The position numbers and the translations under genes were made by a program. DNA of 64,000 nt, taken from contig CM059431.1 in assembly GCA_030390025.1 (NCBI GenBank), forward strand, positions 143,842,001-143,906,000. Direction: 5' to 3'. The notes beneath the pieces are model-generated. The model was not told where the DNA came from. It was given only the letters and a program-made list of their open reading frames with translations, and made no database searches. The DNA is from Squalus acanthias. Lineage: Eukaryota. Of this stretch, positions 62,715-64,000 are shown one piece after another (the stretch's first letter is position 1; each line of letters opens with the position of its first letter).

Positions 62715-63972
62715 TGTAGGCTTTGCAAAATCCCCCAGAAACTCGAACAGAGCCCTAAAGGGAATGATTTTTGGACCTTTCATACAAACTTGGGATGATG
62801 GGACCTAAGTGAAGTGATTTGATGTAAAAACCTCAGTTTTGGAAAGATCAGGGAAGAAAAACCCTGAGGAAACTGACTTTTGAATCTTACTGTTGGGAGA
62901 GACACCTTTCACAGACACAAGACAAGCTGCGGAGGGGAGTGGCCAGGCAGTGAACAGATTTGGGTATTGGGACCCAATCAAGCTGTCTGGGAATTGTTTA
63001 CACTGCAAATCCTACCAAGGTGGAAGAGACAAATCAAAAACTCACACACACATCGAAATATGAATAATCCAAGACCCCCTTTCGAAATTCCCAGGCCCAA
63101 ACAGGATACCAGAAGCCTGAAATCAATAAAACATTTAGTACTTCATCAAAAAACAATCAACCAGGTATCCACAGAACAGAATTAAAAGCCCGCCAAAAGA
63201 CCGAGGAAAATAGGGTTGAGATTTGGCGCGTAGATAAGGCTGTGTTTAAATCGGAAAACAATCACGAATTGTTTAACACTGAGCTAAAGCCATCGGAACT
63301 GGCAAGCTCGCCAAAACTAAACAATGGACTAAGCAAGGTTCATTTGCAACCTAAAGGAATCCGTTTTAGTAAGGGGATTTATGGGCGCGAAAAAGAAACA
63401 GTATAATTGAAAGCCTGTCACATAACTTCTCTCTCTTTCGGACTCGCTGACTACGCTGACACAGCTCTCTCCCTGCTCCAGCGAAAACCACCACAAGCCA
63501 CGAGGAGGAAGGCCAGAAAACAGACTAGCACGCAAGAAGAAACCAGAGCGACTGCCTCAGTGATCATTGGACACCTCGCAGCAACAAGGGCCTTACGGAG
63601 TCTTTTAAACAAAAGACTCTAAAATCCTGTCAAGGCTTCGTTGGTGAGCATCATCCCTGATCTCCTGAAACCAAAAACCTAGCTAGATAGTGGAATCTTT
63701 GGGAGGGTTAAGGTTTTGTTTGATATGTTGTCTTTCTCCCTCGCTTGTATCGTGTGCTCACCAATCTGTGTTTAAGTAATAAGTGTGTTTCAAGTTTGTT
63801 ACCTTTTTCTTTTAATAAAGTAAAAATATTTCATCAGAACCTGTCGTCTACTGCAATTTTGTTCACAACCCCTAAATAAGTCCAAAGTCTAGGAACCAGA
63901 TGGGTGTGGGAGCGATTCGAACCGCTCACTGAGTCAGAAAGTGAAGGCTGGCCCCATTACCACCCCCCTACA
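62715..63972 (+). repeat. 3' LTR (TG…CA), preceded by purine-rich AAAATGGGAA
   Basis: Direct repeat of 52560-53815. Confidence 0.92.
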
Positions 63973-64000
63973 TGCTGTACCTGAGCTGGGACTGTTTGAT

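Larger units (their letters stand above)
52560..63972 (+). mobile_element. Full-length defective endogenous retrovirus-like provirus (lokiretrovirus-like), 11.4 kb
   Basis: LTR-PBS-gag-pro-RT-RH(tether)-RH-IN-env-PPT-LTR; LTR/provirus call is firm, lineage call ~0.7. Confidence 0.9.

Overview
Repeat-rich vertebrate genomic DNA, most likely a cartilaginous fish judging from the CR1, L2, SacSINE-like and Penelope-terminus repeats I recognise (inference). (1) 1-23.74 kb is a head-to-tail array of four near-identical ~7.2 kb Tx1-type (L1 clade) non-LTR retrotransposons with a 200-N gap. Every copy whose 3' end is visible (1, 3, 4) ends at the same site, AACACCAGGTTATAGTCCAAC, and every copy whose 5' end is visible (2, 3, 4) begins with that sequence, so the element appears to carry and regenerate its own target. 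(2) 24.6-30.6 kb holds several minisatellites around a CpG-rich promoter-like island. (3) 35.6-40.6 kb is a single giant exon encoding an interferon-induced very large GTPase (GVIN/VLIG)-like protein with one frameshift. (4) 41.7-45.6 kb is a deleted LTR element that keeps only an env remnant, inserted in L2-like sequence. (5) 48-51.7 kb is a decayed Harbinger transposon. (6) 52.56-63.97 kb is a full-length defective LTR-gag-pol-env provirus with lokiretrovirus-like features: two RNase H regions, tRNA-Arg PBS, an in-frame UGA-CUAG gag/pol junction, and an F-like Env with an apparent Ig domain. All family assignments come from motif recognition by eye; no database searches were run.
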